Notes: a model not told the origin generated them from the sequence alone. A stretch of 64,000 nt of DNA from Planctomycetota bacterium (GCA_029259715.1 JAJDEP010000003.1:701174-765173), one strand, 5' to 3'. Shown: positions 1-10,352, numbered from the stretch's first letter. A program made the numbers and translations.

Positions 1-1155
1 GCCTCCAACGCCGAAGCCATCGACCTGTTCGGAGAAACGGTGGCGGTCTCGGGCGACACCTTGGCGGTGGGTGCCATCGTCGAGTCCAGCAACGCGACCG
101 GCATCAACGGCGACGAGAGCGACAACAGCGCGGCCGAGGCGGGCGCTGTCTACGTGTTCACCCGCAGCGGCACGACATGGAGCCAGCAGGCCTACATCAA
201 GGCCTCCAACGCCGAGGAGGGCGATCACTTCGGGAAGTCCGTCGCCCTCTCGGGCGACTCACTCGTGGTCGGCGCCGAGCACGAGGATGGCGGGTCCGCA
301 GGCATCAACGGCGACGAGACCGACAACAGCGCCTTCCTCGCGGGGGCGGCCTACGTCTTCGTGAGATCCGGAACCGACTGGAGTCAGCAGGCGTACCTCA
401 AGCCCGCGATCGTCGACGTGACCGGCCTCGACAGCTTCGGGTCGGTCGTCGCCATCGACGGCGACATCGTTGTCGTCAGCTCACCCTTCGAGGACAGCAC
501 GGCGACCGGCGTGAACGGCGACGCCGGCGACAACGGGCTGTCCAACACGGGCGCCGCCTACGCCTTCGTCCGCGACGGGACGAACTGGAGTCAGCGGGCC
601 TACCTCAAGCCGTCGGCCAACGGGTTCTCCGACAACTTCGGCCGGGCCGCGACGGTCTCGGGGACCACGGCCGTCATCGGAACCCTCAACGAGGACAGCA
701 ACGCCACGGGCGTCGGCGGCGATCGCTTCAACGACAGCAGCCAGGGCTCGGGGGCCGCCTGGGCCTTCGATCTCGAGCCGGGCCCGTGGACGGACCTCGG
801 CTGCGCCACCAACGGCCTCTTCGGTGCGCCGGTCCTGACGGGCACCGGCGACGCAGTGCCGGGATCATCGGGAGAGCTGTCGCTGACCAACGCGCGCATG
901 AACACCGTGACGCTGTTCGGCGTGTCCTTCGGCGAAGGCGCCTTCCCGGCCTTCGGAGGCGTCGTGAAGCCGACCCTGCCGCTCGATGCCGAATTCGCCT
1001 TCAGCACGGGAGCGGCCGGCAGTGTGACCATGCCCTGGGCGAGCTTCCCGGCGTTGGCCTCGGGCACCGTGCTGGTGTTCCAGTTCTTCATCGCCGACGC
1101 CGCCCACCCGACCGGCGTGGTCTTGTCCAACGGCCTCAAGGTCACCGTGCCCTGA
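1..1155 (+). CDS. FG-GAP / integrin-alpha-like repeat secreted protein, 5'-truncated at window edge
   Basis: Frame is open from nt 1 (ORF track starts at GTG 40). Repeated ~60-aa units with GINGDxxDNxxxxAGAxYVF...WSQQAYLKP signature, typical of FG-GAP beta-propeller blades. C-terminal ~120 aa is non-repetitive. Stop TGA at 1153-1155. Confidence 0.75.
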   Translation, partial: ASNAEAIDLFGETVAVSGDTLAVGAIVESSNATGINGDESDNSAAEAGAVYVFTRSGTTWSQQAYIKASNAEEGDHFGKSVALSGDSLVVGAEHEDGGSAGINGDETDNSAFLAGAAYVFVRSGTDWSQQAYLKPAIVDVTGLDSFGSVVAIDGDIVVVSSPFEDSTATGVNGDAGDNGLSNTGAAYAFVRDGTNWSQRAYLKPSANGFSDNFGRAATVSGTTAVIGTLNEDSNATGVGGDRFNDSSQGSGAAWAFDLEPGPWTDLGCATNGLFGAPVLTGTGDAVPGSSGELSLTNARMNTVTLFGVSFGEGAFPAFGGVVKPTLPLDAEFAFSTGAAGSVTMPWASFPALASGTVLVFQFFIADAAHPTGVVLSNGLKVTVP

Positions 1156-1287
1156 GCACCGCTCGACCCGCTTGACCCGGGCTTTCGCAAAGTCCGGAAT
1201 CCACTTACAAGAAGGGACTCGTCGCAGCGCCGGCGGACCGTGGGCCGGACCGCGGGCAGACCCTTCCAACGATCGGGACGCGGGACC

Positions 1288-2790
1288 ATGTCGCTGCACC
1301 TCGCGAAGCGGATCGTGTTCACCCTGCTCGCCTGCTCGGCGTTCGCCGCGGCGGCACGACCGGCCGCCGACGACAAGCCCAACATGCTGGTGATCGTGGC
1401 GGACGACCTCGGCTGGGTCGACCTGCTCAGCGTCCCCACGCCGCACATCGACGCGCTCATGGACGCGGGCGTGACCTTCACGAGCGCCTACGCCAACACC
1501 AACTGCACACCCACACGCGTCACCGCGCTCTGGGGCGTCTACAGCCAGCGGGTCCAGATCGGGACCATCGTCACGCCCACGGGCACCAACCCGTCGCCGC
1601 TCTTGAACCCCTCCATGAGCTACGAGCGGGTCTCGCTGCCGATGCACCTGCGCAGCGGCGGATACACCTCGCTGGCCGCCGGGAAGGCCCACCTCGCCAA
1701 CACCCTCTCCGGGATCCCCGAGGAGGCCATGCGCGCCTACGGCTTCAGCTATTGGCGCGCCGGGACGACCTTCGGCCTCGACCACGGCGGCTACGACGAC
1801 TGGGAGTCCGTCGACGACGGCGAGGTCACGCCCACGAACGTCTACAACACCACGGCCATCGCTCAGAGCGTCGCCGACTGGTGGCAGGACACCGGCGGGC
1901 CGAAGTTCTGCTGGGCCGCCTTCAACGCGCCCCACGCGCCCTTCGAGACGCCGCCGGCCTACACCCTGCCCTCGCGCTTCGTCGTGGCCGACAACGACCG
2001 CGCCCGCTACGAGGCCATGATCATGGCGCTCGATTTCGAGATCGGGAACATGCTCACGGCCGTCGACCTCGCCGACACGGTGGTCGTGATCATGAGCGAC
2101 AACGGGACACCCAGCTCCGTGGTGCCGCCCGGCATCGATTCCCGCAAGGTGAAGGGCTCGATGTACGACGGCGGCATCCGTGTACCCCTGGTGGTGGCCG
2201 GCCCCGGTGTGATGGCGGACGCGGTCTGCGACGACCTGGTGCAGACCGTCGACCTGTTCACCACGCTCTCCGAACTCGCCGGCCTCGAGGTGCCCGACGG
2301 CGTGGCGGAGGATTCGGTGAGCTTCGCGCGGTGCCTGATCTTTCCGCAGGGCGCCAACCCGTCGCCCAGTGCGCCGCCCGCGGTCGGGGCCACGGGGGTC
2401 TCCTTCGGAGGCCTGAGCACGGGCGTCGGCACGTCCACGTCACCCGCGGGCACCGTCTCCTACGAAGACCCGCTGCCGGGCCACCGCGCGAGCCCGAAGG
2501 GCGTGAGCCCGCCGCCCACGCTCAACGGGCGCCGGCTCTGGGCCTATTCCGAGAACTGGGCGCCCAACGGTCCCCTGCCCAAGTCTTTCATGCGCGTCAT
2601 GGCGCGCAACCGCACCCACAAGCTCATGTGGCTCGACGACGACGCCGGCGGCCCCGAACAGTTCAGGCAACTGCTGTTCCGGATGGAGAACGAAGTCCTG
2701 ATCCAGCCCGCCGCCTACACGGCCACGGACTTGGAGGCCAAGGCCGAGCTCGAGCTGGTGCTGACCGTCATGGCACCGCTGAGCCCCTGA
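1288..2790 (+). CDS. arylsulfatase-family (Cys-type) sulfatase
   Basis: Signal-peptide-like N-terminus (MSLHLAKRIVFTLLACSAFAAAA). Sulfatase motif 1 PNMLVIVADDLGWVD and formylglycine motif C-T-P-T-R (CxPxR). ORF track 1240..2790; internal ATG at residue 17 chosen as start. Confidence 0.88.
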   Translation: MSLHLAKRIVFTLLACSAFAAAARPAADDKPNMLVIVADDLGWVDLLSVPTPHIDALMDAGVTFTSAYANTNCTPTRVTALWGVYSQRVQIGTIVTPTGTNPSPLLNPSMSYERVSLPMHLRSGGYTSLAAGKAHLANTLSGIPEEAMRAYGFSYWRAGTTFGLDHGGYDDWESVDDGEVTPTNVYNTTAIAQSVADWWQDTGGPKFCWAAFNAPHAPFETPPAYTLPSRFVVADNDRARYEAMIMALDFEIGNMLTAVDLADTVVVIMSDNGTPSSVVPPGIDSRKVKGSMYDGGIRVPLVVAGPGVMADAVCDDLVQTVDLFTTLSELAGLEVPDGVAEDSVSFARCLIFPQGANPSPSAPPAVGATGVSFGGLSTGVGTSTSPAGTVSYEDPLPGHRASPKGVSPPPTLNGRRLWAYSENWAPNGPLPKSFMRVMARNRTHKLMWLDDDAGGPEQFRQLLFRMENEVLIQPAAYTATDLEAKAELELVLTVMAPLSP

Positions 2791-2793
2791 GAC

Positions 2794-4614
2794 CTAGCGC
2801 CGCTGCGCGCGCAACTCGGCCAGCTTCGTGACGGCGTTGGTGTTGGCGGGATCGATGGCCAGCGACTTCTCGTAGAATTCGATGGCCTGCTCGTGCCGGC
2901 CGGCCCGCATGGTGGCGTCGCCCAGGCTGTCCCACACGTTGCCCGACTCGGGATAGGCCTGGGCATTGAGGGTGAACAGCTCGAGGGCCGTCTCGGTGCG
3001 ACCCAGGTTCAGCAACATGTATCCGGCGCCGTTGATGCCGTCCTCCGCGATGAGGATCTCACCGTCGTGCGCGGTCGCGTAGTCGGACCGCAGGGCCCAC
3101 GCCCGCTCCACATCGCCTGCGCTGAGGGCCGCGAAGAACGTGTCCTGCCCGCGATACCGCCGGGCGAGGCCGTCAAGGCGTTCTTGCAGGAAGGCCGCGG
3201 GCATCCAGTGTCCGCGCGCCATCACACCCAAGGGTCGCGACACGGCAGTCACGTCGGCGAGGGGATCGTCGGCGAGCAGCAGCAGGTCGGCCCGCTGTCC
3301 AGACGCCACCGAGCCCCACTCGTCGGACTGGTCGAGGAACCGCGCCGCCTCGGACGTGCCGGCCCGCAGGGCCGCGAACGGTGACAGCCCGCTGTCGATC
3401 AGGTAGCCCAACTCCTCGTGGAGCGAGAAGCCGGGGACCACGAAGGGATTCGGCGTGTCGCTTCCGAGGAGCAGGCCGGCACCCGCCTCGTGCAGGGCCC
3501 GCACGACGCTCAGTCGGTACTCGTGCCAAATGCGATTGGCGAGCGACTCTGCCGGGGTCAGGCTCGCGGCAAAGCGGCTCGCGCCCTGAAACCAACTCAC
3601 CCGCGTGGACGGATCGACGAAGGCCATCTCCGGCTCCGCCATGGCCGCCTGCAGGCTCGCCGCGTCCTCCGGCCGGAACACCACCAGCGTCGGCACCACC
3701 CACAGCGACGAGGCGGCCACGTCCGCCGCGACCGTGGCGATCGTCTCGGGGTCGTAGGCGTCATCGAGAGAAGACTCCCCGGCCGCGATGCGCACCGCCA
3801 CGCCCGCCATCGCCTTGCGGCGTTCCATGAAGGACAGCGCGTCCCATTCCGACTTGATGGGCCCGTCGAGCCGGCGCGTCACCGCCGGGAATCCAGTCAG
3901 GTGTTCGGTGGAGAGCTGCCCCGCCCGCATGGCTGCGTAGAGACCGACGGCGTCGGGGACGTGACCTTCGACGCGCATCTCGTGTTGCGCCGCCGCCTCA
4001 ATGATGGCGGCGTAGACCTCCGCCGACAACTGGTCGTAGACCTTGAGGCCGGCGAAACCGGCCTGCCTGAGCTGCGCCACCGTCTCGCGCGCCTCGTCCG
4101 GGGTCGCAACGATCGTACTGCCCGGCCAGTAGGCGTCCGGACCGTCCATGAGCGGCCCCAAAGTGTAGATCGACGGTGCGATGCGCGCCCCCGACTCGAT
4201 CTCCGCCTGCCAACCCTGGTGCAACGACGTGCCCCACATGTTGCGCACCGTGGTGATGCCGTTGGCGAGGAACAGCCAGAAGTGGTCCTCGTCCCAGACG
4301 TGCACGTGCATGTCGGCGAGACCCGGCATGAGGTAGCGGCCGGCTCCTTCGATGCGGACCGCGTCGGCGGGCACTTCGAGCGTGTCCGCCGCTCCCACGG
4401 CCACGATGCGATCACCGCGCACGATCACCGTCTGATCGGGCAGGATCACCTCTCGATCCATGGGCACCACGTTGACGCCGACGAATGCGTAGACGCTCTC
4501 CACGGCGGCGAGTGCATCGCCGGCGTCGTCAGCGGCGGTGCTCCCGGATACGAACACGACGAGAGCGAGCAACACCAGGGTCACACACCTTCCGGCGGAC
4601 TGGGTCGCGAGCAT
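2794..4614 (-). CDS. amidohydrolase-family metallohydrolase with C-terminal TPR repeats, secreted
   Basis: Start reassigned to internal MLATQSAGRCVTLVLLALVVF (signal peptide) of ORF 2794..5583. LMPGLADMHVHVW is an HxH metal-binding amidohydrolase motif. C-terminus has TPR-like helical repeats (EQAIEFYEKSLAIDPANTNA). The upstream 323 codons of the ORF are Arg/Gly-rich junk. Confidence 0.78.
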   Translation of the reverse strand: MLATQSAGRCVTLVLLALVVFVSGSTAADDAGDALAAVESVYAFVGVNVVPMDREVILPDQTVIVRGDRIVAVGAADTLEVPADAVRIEGAGRYLMPGLADMHVHVWDEDHFWLFLANGITTVRNMWGTSLHQGWQAEIESGARIAPSIYTLGPLMDGPDAYWPGSTIVATPDEARETVAQLRQAGFAGLKVYDQLSAEVYAAIIEAAAQHEMRVEGHVPDAVGLYAAMRAGQLSTEHLTGFPAVTRRLDGPIKSEWDALSFMERRKAMAGVAVRIAAGESSLDDAYDPETIATVAADVAASSLWVVPTLVVFRPEDAASLQAAMAEPEMAFVDPSTRVSWFQGASRFAASLTPAESLANRIWHEYRLSVVRALHEAGAGLLLGSDTPNPFVVPGFSLHEELGYLIDSGLSPFAALRAGTSEAARFLDQSDEWGSVASGQRADLLLLADDPLADVTAVSRPLGVMARGHWMPAAFLQERLDGLARRYRGQDTFFAALSAGDVERAWALRSDYATAHDGEILIAEDGINGAGYMLLNLGRTETALELFTLNAQAYPESGNVWDSLGDATMRAGRHEQAIEFYEKSLAIDPANTNAVTKLAELRAQRR

Positions 4615-4755
4615 GGGACGCACTCCGAGATGAGGGACGCTCCGGATGATATCGAGCCCTCCGCCGACCCGCGACCGGGGCCGCTGTCCCGAAGGACGCC
4701 GCCGAACCGGCGAAAGGGGCTGCATGACCGCGTGATTCGGGCGAGAGTGGGCCCG

Positions 4756-6543
4756 ATGCCCGTTCCGCCCCCCACCGGTCGACGACGTCCGCGCCCCGTC
4801 GCCCGGGCCGCGATCGGCGGCGGCGTGCTGCTCGCCGCGCTCGTCGGTGCGTGCTCGGATGCGAATTCGAACCCGAATTCGGACGCGACTGCGGCACCGA
4901 CGTCGGAGACCGCACCGGCGGAGTGGCGCACGATCGCCGCCGCAGGCGAGGCCCCGTCCCTTTCCATCGCCTGGCGCCCCCGGGACCGCCGCGAGATCCC
5001 CCGTAACGTGGCCTTCGACCTGGAGGTGCAGGTCCGACGCGAAGGCCTCCCCGCCACCATCGACGCCCTCCAGGTCTCCGGGTGGATGCCCGCCCACAAC
5101 CACGGTCTGGTCCAACTCCCCACCGTGCGCCCTGCCGCCGGCGCTGCGAGCCACAAGGCGAGCGGCACTGCGAGCGGCCACGGGAACGACGCTGCGGACG
5201 GACGCTTCGTCGTGGAGGGCCTGCTGCTGCACATGCGCGGGCAGTGGGAGCTGCGTTTCACCGTCCACCACGGGGGCCGCCCGTCGATCCTCGTCGACAC
5301 CGTCGAGGTGGACACGCCCCCCCTGCCGCTCGACTCCCCGCTGCGACTCGACGACGACGCCATCGCGCGGGCGCTGACCTTCTCGCCGCTCCCGGACCCG
5401 CCGCCGGACCCGACCAATGCGGTGGCCGACGACCCGGCGGCCGCGCGCTTCGGCCAGGCCCTGTTCTTCGACGCACGCCTCTCCGCCAACGGCGCGGTCT
5501 CCTGCGCGACCTGCCACGATCCCGGCCGGAGCTGGAGCGACGGCCGCACGCTGGCCAAGGCCCTGGCCCACCATCCGCGCCACACCCCGTCGCTGTGGAA
5601 CGTGGCCTACAACCGCTGGTTCTTCTGGGACGGACGCAAGGACACCCTCTGGTCCCAGGCCCTGGCCCCCTTCGAGGACCCCCGCGAACAGGGCAGCTCA
5701 CGCCTGGAGGTGCTGCACGTCCTCGACGGCGACCCCGCGTCCGTCGAGGCGTACACGCAGGTCTTCGGGATCTGGCCCGGCTTCGCGGATACCGAGCGCT
5801 TTCCGCCGGCCGGTCGCCCCGTCGACGAGCAACCCCTGCACCCGCACCAGCAGGCGTGGGACACGGTGAGCCCGGACGACCGTCTGCTCGTCGACCGGGC
5901 CTTCAGCAACGTCGGCAAGGCACTGGCCGCCTATGAGCGGCTCATTCTCTCCCGCCGAGCGCCCTTCGACGTCTTCGTCGAAGGCCTGCGCGACGGCGAC
6001 GACGCCAAGCTCGCCGCCCTCTCCCCCGCCGCCCAGCGGGGCTTCGCGTTGTTCACGGGCAAGGCGGCGTGCCACGTCTGCCACGACGGGCCGAACTTCA
6101 CCGACCTCGAGTTCCACAGCAACCGCGTCCCCACCGGCGAGGGCGTCGACCCCGGCCGGGCCCTGGGCGTGTTGCGCCTGAAGGCCGACCCGTTCAACAG
6201 CGCGAGCGCCTTCGCCGACGACGGTGGCCTCGTCGGCGCCCGCAAGCTGGCCCTCGCGCCGCGCGCCTGGCACATCCCCGGCGAGTTCAAGACGCCCAGC
6301 CTGCGCAACGTCGCGGTCACCGCCCCCTACATGCACGAGGGGCAGCTGCAGACCCTGGAACAGGTCGTGCGTTTCTACTCGACCTTGGAAGGCGCCGCGC
6401 CGCCGGACCCTTCCGGCGAGCGACTCATCGAAGCCCGCCACCTGACCGACGCCGAGCAGGCCGACCTGGTGGCCTTTCTGCGCTCACTCACCGACGAGAC
6501 GCTGCCGCCGGAGCTGATGGCCGCCCCGGCCCCGCCCCGCTGA
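4756..6543 (+). CDS. di-heme cytochrome c peroxidase (CCP/MauG family) with extra N-terminal lipoprotein domain
   Basis: Two heme-binding CxxCH motifs (CATCHD, CHVCHD). Lipobox-like LLAALVGACSD after MPVPPPTGRRRPRPV. Start ATG at 4756 is in frame with ORF 3418..6543, whose upstream part is antisense to the amidohydrolase gene. Confidence 0.88.
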   Translation: MPVPPPTGRRRPRPVARAAIGGGVLLAALVGACSDANSNPNSDATAAPTSETAPAEWRTIAAAGEAPSLSIAWRPRDRREIPRNVAFDLEVQVRREGLPATIDALQVSGWMPAHNHGLVQLPTVRPAAGAASHKASGTASGHGNDAADGRFVVEGLLLHMRGQWELRFTVHHGGRPSILVDTVEVDTPPLPLDSPLRLDDDAIARALTFSPLPDPPPDPTNAVADDPAAARFGQALFFDARLSANGAVSCATCHDPGRSWSDGRTLAKALAHHPRHTPSLWNVAYNRWFFWDGRKDTLWSQALAPFEDPREQGSSRLEVLHVLDGDPASVEAYTQVFGIWPGFADTERFPPAGRPVDEQPLHPHQQAWDTVSPDDRLLVDRAFSNVGKALAAYERLILSRRAPFDVFVEGLRDGDDAKLAALSPAAQRGFALFTGKAACHVCHDGPNFTDLEFHSNRVPTGEGVDPGRALGVLRLKADPFNSASAFADDGGLVGARKLALAPRAWHIPGEFKTPSLRNVAVTAPYMHEGQLQTLEQVVRFYSTLEGAAPPDPSGERLIEARHLTDAEQADLVAFLRSLTDETLPPELMAAPAPPR

Positions 6544-6571
6544 GCACTCCGGTGACCGCCGCGCGCGCTGT

Positions 6572-9040
6572 CTACGGTCCGAAGTCGAGCCGCAGGGCGT
6601 TGCTCACCGCGACCCCGTAGGGCACGCCGGCGTCGAGGATGGCGATCTGCGCGAAGACGCTGAGCGGGCCGCCGCCGCCGTTCACCGGGAATTCCACCTC
6701 GCCGTTGCCGTCGGTGACGAGCACCACCTGCACGAAGAAGGGCACGGGCACGAGGTCGCCGCCCAGGAACGGCGTCGGGTTGTTGGTGAAGCCGGCGAAC
6801 AGGACCGCGCCCGCGTTGGGCGCCGCGTTCTCGAGCTTGAGCGTGGAGACGTCGCCGCTCTCGAGGCCGTCACCGCACACGGAGAAGATCGCGCTGCCCG
6901 GGCCGGCGAAGCCGACGTCCGTCTGGCAGGTGCCGCAGTCGAAGCGGGTGATGCGCAGGTCGTCGACGGCCGCTTCGACGATGGAGGCGTCGTTGGCGTC
7001 CTCGGCCACGAATCGCAGCCGCACCGTGGCCGTGGGCGTCACCAGGTCGCTCACCAGGAAGCTGTGGCGATACCAACCGCCGAAGGCCGCCTCGTCGCCG
7101 GGGCCGATGACCTCGACGTTGGTCCAGCCGCTGCCACCGTCGTTGCTGATGTCGACGGTGAAGCTGTCGTCGGGCGTGCTCGACCCGGCCGCGTTGCTGA
7201 ACCAGCGCCAGTAGCTGATGGTGGCGTCGCCGCCGGAGAGGTCGTAGTCGATCGTGGTCAGCGTGGTCGCGCCGCCGTCCACGTCGTTCTCGCCCAGGCT
7301 CCCGAGGGGTGAGCCCTGTCCGGTGACGAAGCACTGGCTGCCGGGATCGCTGTGGTCGTCCTCGGGTTGGGCCGCCGTGGCGATGGGGTCGGCGTGGATC
7401 CACAGGCCGGTGAAGGCCGTGTCGCCCGGGGCGCTGAGGCTCCAGGCCGGCGCGACCTCCAGGTCGTCGGCGATCAGCACCGCCTCGGACACGGCCGCCG
7501 TCGCGCCGTAGGCGAAGCCGGGGGCCGCCGGCGGATCGGTCCAGGTGATGCCCCCCGTGGTGCGGGCGCTCACGAACCACTCCACGGCCGTGCCGCAGGC
7601 GAGCGCGGGGAAGCTGCCCGCGAATTCGCCGCCGCCGATGTCGGCCAGCGGCACCTCGACGGAGCCCGCCCCGCTGTCGACGTGCAGGCGCGCCGTCGCG
7701 ACGTCGAGCGTGGCGCCACCCGCCGCGGCGATGGCCACGGTGAGGGGCTCGCCGTCGGGGTCGATCAGGGTCGGCGCGCCGCCGGACACCGTGAGGTCGA
7801 GCTCGCGCGCGCCCAGGCGCCACACGAACAGGCCGCGCTCGGCGTCGCTGCCGATGACGGTGCCGCTGTCGAAGTAGGGATACACGCTCCAGATGCCGTT
7901 GAACTCGGCGGCGTCATCTTCCGGGAATGTGTCGAACCAGGCCGTCTCCACCGGGCTGGTGGGATTGCTGGCATCGAACACCCGCATCCCGCTGCGGTAG
8001 TTGGCCTCGAAGATCAGGTCGCCCTTGGTGTAGAGGTTGTGGTCGATGGACGGCAGCCCGGCGCTGAAGCTGGCCACCGGCGTCGGGTCGGTCAGGTCGC
8101 TCACATCGAGCACATGGGTCGTGGTCGGCGTCCCGAAGGCCCGCTCGTCGAGCTCGTCGTTCAGGTAGAGGTACTGCCGGTCGGGAGAGAGCCAGCCCTG
8201 ATGGCTGAAGACGGCCGACCCGTAGAAGGCGTCGCCGATGGACACGATGGCGCCCTTGTTGGTGACGTTCAGGATGTCGACGCCCGGGTTCCCGCCACCC
8301 GAGGTGTCCTCCGAGTAGCAGAAGGCGATCTCCTGGTTGGCGAAGGGCCCGCTCGTGTAGCGCACGATCTGGGCATCGTGGACGTAGCGCGTGTTCCAGC
8401 TGCCCACGAAGACGGGCGCGGCCGGGTTGGCCAGGCTGAAGATGCGCAGGCCCTCGGTGGCCCCGCCGCCCCCACCGGTGCGGTAGAGGAAGCCCGCATC
8501 GACGTCGATGGCCACGTTGTGGGAGGCGTCCGTGCCGGCATCAAAGACGCCGCCGATGTACGTGACGATCCCATTGTCGATCTGTGACATGTCGGCGATC
8601 TGCACGCCGTCGCCGCCCTCGCTGACCCAGTAGGCGTAGGTCTGGTAGGTCTTCACATCGCGCCACAGGCTGTTGACCGCCGGCAGGGTCGCAACGATCT
8701 GGGGGCGGCCCGGGTCGGTGATCTCGACGAAGCTCATGCTCGAGCGCGTCGTCATGAGCGCGTATTCGCGGCCCGACCCCGAGGTGTAGCCCCAGCAGTC
8801 GGCGCCGGTGGCGCCGCCGAACTCCGGTAAGGGCACCAGCCCGACCAACGCCACCCCGGAACTGGTGAAACCCGTGGACGCGGTGGGCGTCAGCACGATG
8901 GACGCCGGGATGGGCGCGCGCACGCCGACCATGAACTCGGGGCTGTCGTGGGCCGCCGCCGGCGACGCCAGGAGGCTCAGCGAGACTGCCAGGCCGAGAG
9001 CCAGGCATCCAGCGCGGACGAGGGATCGGGTGTCGGGCAT
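6572..9040 (-). CDS. LVIVD-repeat beta-propeller / choice-of-anchor-B-like secreted protein with C-terminal MAM-like jelly-roll domain
   Basis: Start at internal MPDTRSLVRAGCLALGLAVSLSLLASPAAAHD (signal peptide, residue 45 of ORF 6572..9172). Repeats such as SFVEITDPGRPQIV, GLRIFSLANPAAPV and GMRVFDASNPTSPV match the LVIVD/choice-of-anchor B pattern. C-terminal region is Gly/Ser-rich with conserved W/F positions. Confidence 0.78.
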   Translation of the reverse strand: MPDTRSLVRAGCLALGLAVSLSLLASPAAAHDSPEFMVGVRAPIPASIVLTPTASTGFTSSGVALVGLVPLPEFGGATGADCWGYTSGSGREYALMTTRSSMSFVEITDPGRPQIVATLPAVNSLWRDVKTYQTYAYWVSEGGDGVQIADMSQIDNGIVTYIGGVFDAGTDASHNVAIDVDAGFLYRTGGGGGATEGLRIFSLANPAAPVFVGSWNTRYVHDAQIVRYTSGPFANQEIAFCYSEDTSGGGNPGVDILNVTNKGAIVSIGDAFYGSAVFSHQGWLSPDRQYLYLNDELDERAFGTPTTTHVLDVSDLTDPTPVASFSAGLPSIDHNLYTKGDLIFEANYRSGMRVFDASNPTSPVETAWFDTFPEDDAAEFNGIWSVYPYFDSGTVIGSDAERGLFVWRLGARELDLTVSGGAPTLIDPDGEPLTVAIAAAGGATLDVATARLHVDSGAGSVEVPLADIGGGEFAGSFPALACGTAVEWFVSARTTGGITWTDPPAAPGFAYGATAAVSEAVLIADDLEVAPAWSLSAPGDTAFTGLWIHADPIATAAQPEDDHSDPGSQCFVTGQGSPLGSLGENDVDGGATTLTTIDYDLSGGDATISYWRWFSNAAGSSTPDDSFTVDISNDGGSGWTNVEVIGPGDEAAFGGWYRHSFLVSDLVTPTATVRLRFVAEDANDASIVEAAVDDLRITRFDCGTCQTDVGFAGPGSAIFSVCGDGLESGDVSTLKLENAAPNAGAVLFAGFTNNPTPFLGGDLVPVPFFVQVVLVTDGNGEVEFPVNGGGGPLSVFAQIAILDAGVPYGVAVSNALRLDFGP

Positions 9041-9205
9041 CGAGGGCCTGGGGGGACGCGGACGCAGCGCGGTTCGGGACGGCACGTCACGGAAGGAGTC
9101 AGGGGGGCTGAAGGAGTCGGGGAGGCCGGCGGCCCCGTCACGATTCGGGTCGGACGACAGAGCCGCAGGCATGATAAGCGCCCGGCGACAATCGGGTAAG
9201 CCTCA

Positions 9206-10063
9206 TCAAGGGCTCAGGGCCTCGGTCGCCGGCGCGGCCAGGTCCTGCGCGAGACGGTCCGTCCATTCCTCGGACAGCCCGTCGGACTGCCGGATCAGTC
9301 GGGCCCGGGGCAGACGTACGCCGGCGGGCACCTCGGCGCCCACGTGCCGGGCCACGGCGAACACGGTGTCGTCGTAGGCGTCCACCACCTGCTCGTAGGT
9401 CACCCGCAGCGGCTCGATGCCCCAGGTCGCGAAGTAGTCCTCCCAACCGCGCTCCTGGGCCTCCAGCTTCCGCTTGCAGGAGCGCATCAGATCGAGGTCG
9501 TAGCGCTCGACCACATCGGACGTGTCGGAGCCTCGAAAGCGGTTGGTCTGCCGGGCCCTCGCGAGCGAAACGACCTGTCGCAGCCGATTCTCCCTCGTGA
9601 TGTACACGAACCTCGGATCGGGCAGGATCTCGTGCAGGGGCATGCCCCCCAGCTCATTCATGTGCTGATCGTGGTGCAGCTTCACCCCGAACAGCCCGTA
9701 CGATGCCGTGCGTTGTTCGAGCAGCCGGGCGATGTAGCTGCGCAAGAATTTCTCGGACCGGAGCAGATGGCCGCTCCTCGAGCGGCGGTACGCCAGCCGC
9801 AGCCGGACGCCGAGGGTCCGGCAGCCCCAGCGCCGTGTGAGCCGCTTGATGTACCGGTCGTTGAAGTACTCGGCCGGCATGGCGGCCGTGCCCAGGTCCC
9901 ACAGCCCCTGGCACAGCAGCGTGCTCCCGGTGCGCGGCACCGAGCAGACGACGAACGAACGCTCGCACGGCGCGTGCCCCAACCCGTCGTAGGGCCGTCG
10001 GAAGCTCGGCACCTCGTCGGCGTGGATGGCGTCGAGCAGGCTCTGTGGAAAGCGGTCGGCCAT
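9206..10063 (-). CDS. Stf0-family sulfotransferase
   Basis: N-terminal PAPS-binding-like motif FVVCSVPRTGSTLLCQGLWDLG...AEYFN and overall length (~285 aa), as in the Stf0 sulfotransferase family (PF09037). Confidence 0.78.
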   Translation of the reverse strand: MADRFPQSLLDAIHADEVPSFRRPYDGLGHAPCERSFVVCSVPRTGSTLLCQGLWDLGTAAMPAEYFNDRYIKRLTRRWGCRTLGVRLRLAYRRSRSGHLLRSEKFLRSYIARLLEQRTASYGLFGVKLHHDQHMNELGGMPLHEILPDPRFVYITRENRLRQVVSLARARQTNRFRGSDTSDVVERYDLDLMRSCKRKLEAQERGWEDYFATWGIEPLRVTYEQVVDAYDDTVFAVARHVGAEVPAGVRLPRARLIRQSDGLSEEWTDRLAQDLAAPATEALSP

Positions 10064-10114
10064 GGCGATTCCGGTGCGGACAGTGCGCGGCGCGGAGACC
10101 GGTCCCGAAGTGCC

Positions 10115-10339
10115 CTACTTGCCCTGGGTGCGGTGTCCCGGACCGCCGGACGAACCCGCCGGCTTGCTCGACGGCCGACCGCCCAGGCCCATGGGGTTCT
10201 TGCGATCGGGCGTCGACTTGCGCGTGTCGCCGTCGCTCTCGGCCCGCTGCTCGACATGGCGCGCCCGCGCGGTCTTGGCCTTCTCCTTGCGGAGCCTGGC
10301 CTTCTTCTCCTGCTTCGCCTTCTTGCGTGCGTTGGACAT
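10115..10339 (-). CDS. hypothetical small Lys/Arg-rich protein (74 aa)
   Basis: ATG-initiated ORF with GC-rich third positions, on the same strand between the zinc-ribbon ORF and Stf0. No recognisable family. Confidence 0.35.
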   Translation of the reverse strand: MSNARKKAKQEKKARLRKEKAKTARARHVEQRAESDGDTRKSTPDRKNPMGLGGRPSSKPAGSSGGPGHRTQGK

Positions 10340-10352
10340 GCGGTCGTTCCGG

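Noticed and set aside
4615-5583. N-terminal 323 codons of ORF 2794..5583, and similar 5' extensions of ORFs 3418..4755, 51748..54561 (beyond 53418), 56266..57813 (beyond 57231) and 59896..61992 (beyond 61155)
   Set aside because: Each extension lies in an alternative or antisense frame of a neighbouring real gene and is Arg-rich junk. The real starts are marked by signal peptides and/or 4-bp ATGA/GTGA overlaps.
6870-8587. Several 300-400-aa ORFs (6870..7823 minus, 7352..8587 plus) inside the LVIVD gene
   Set aside because: Alternative-frame and antisense artefacts with extreme Arg/Gly content.
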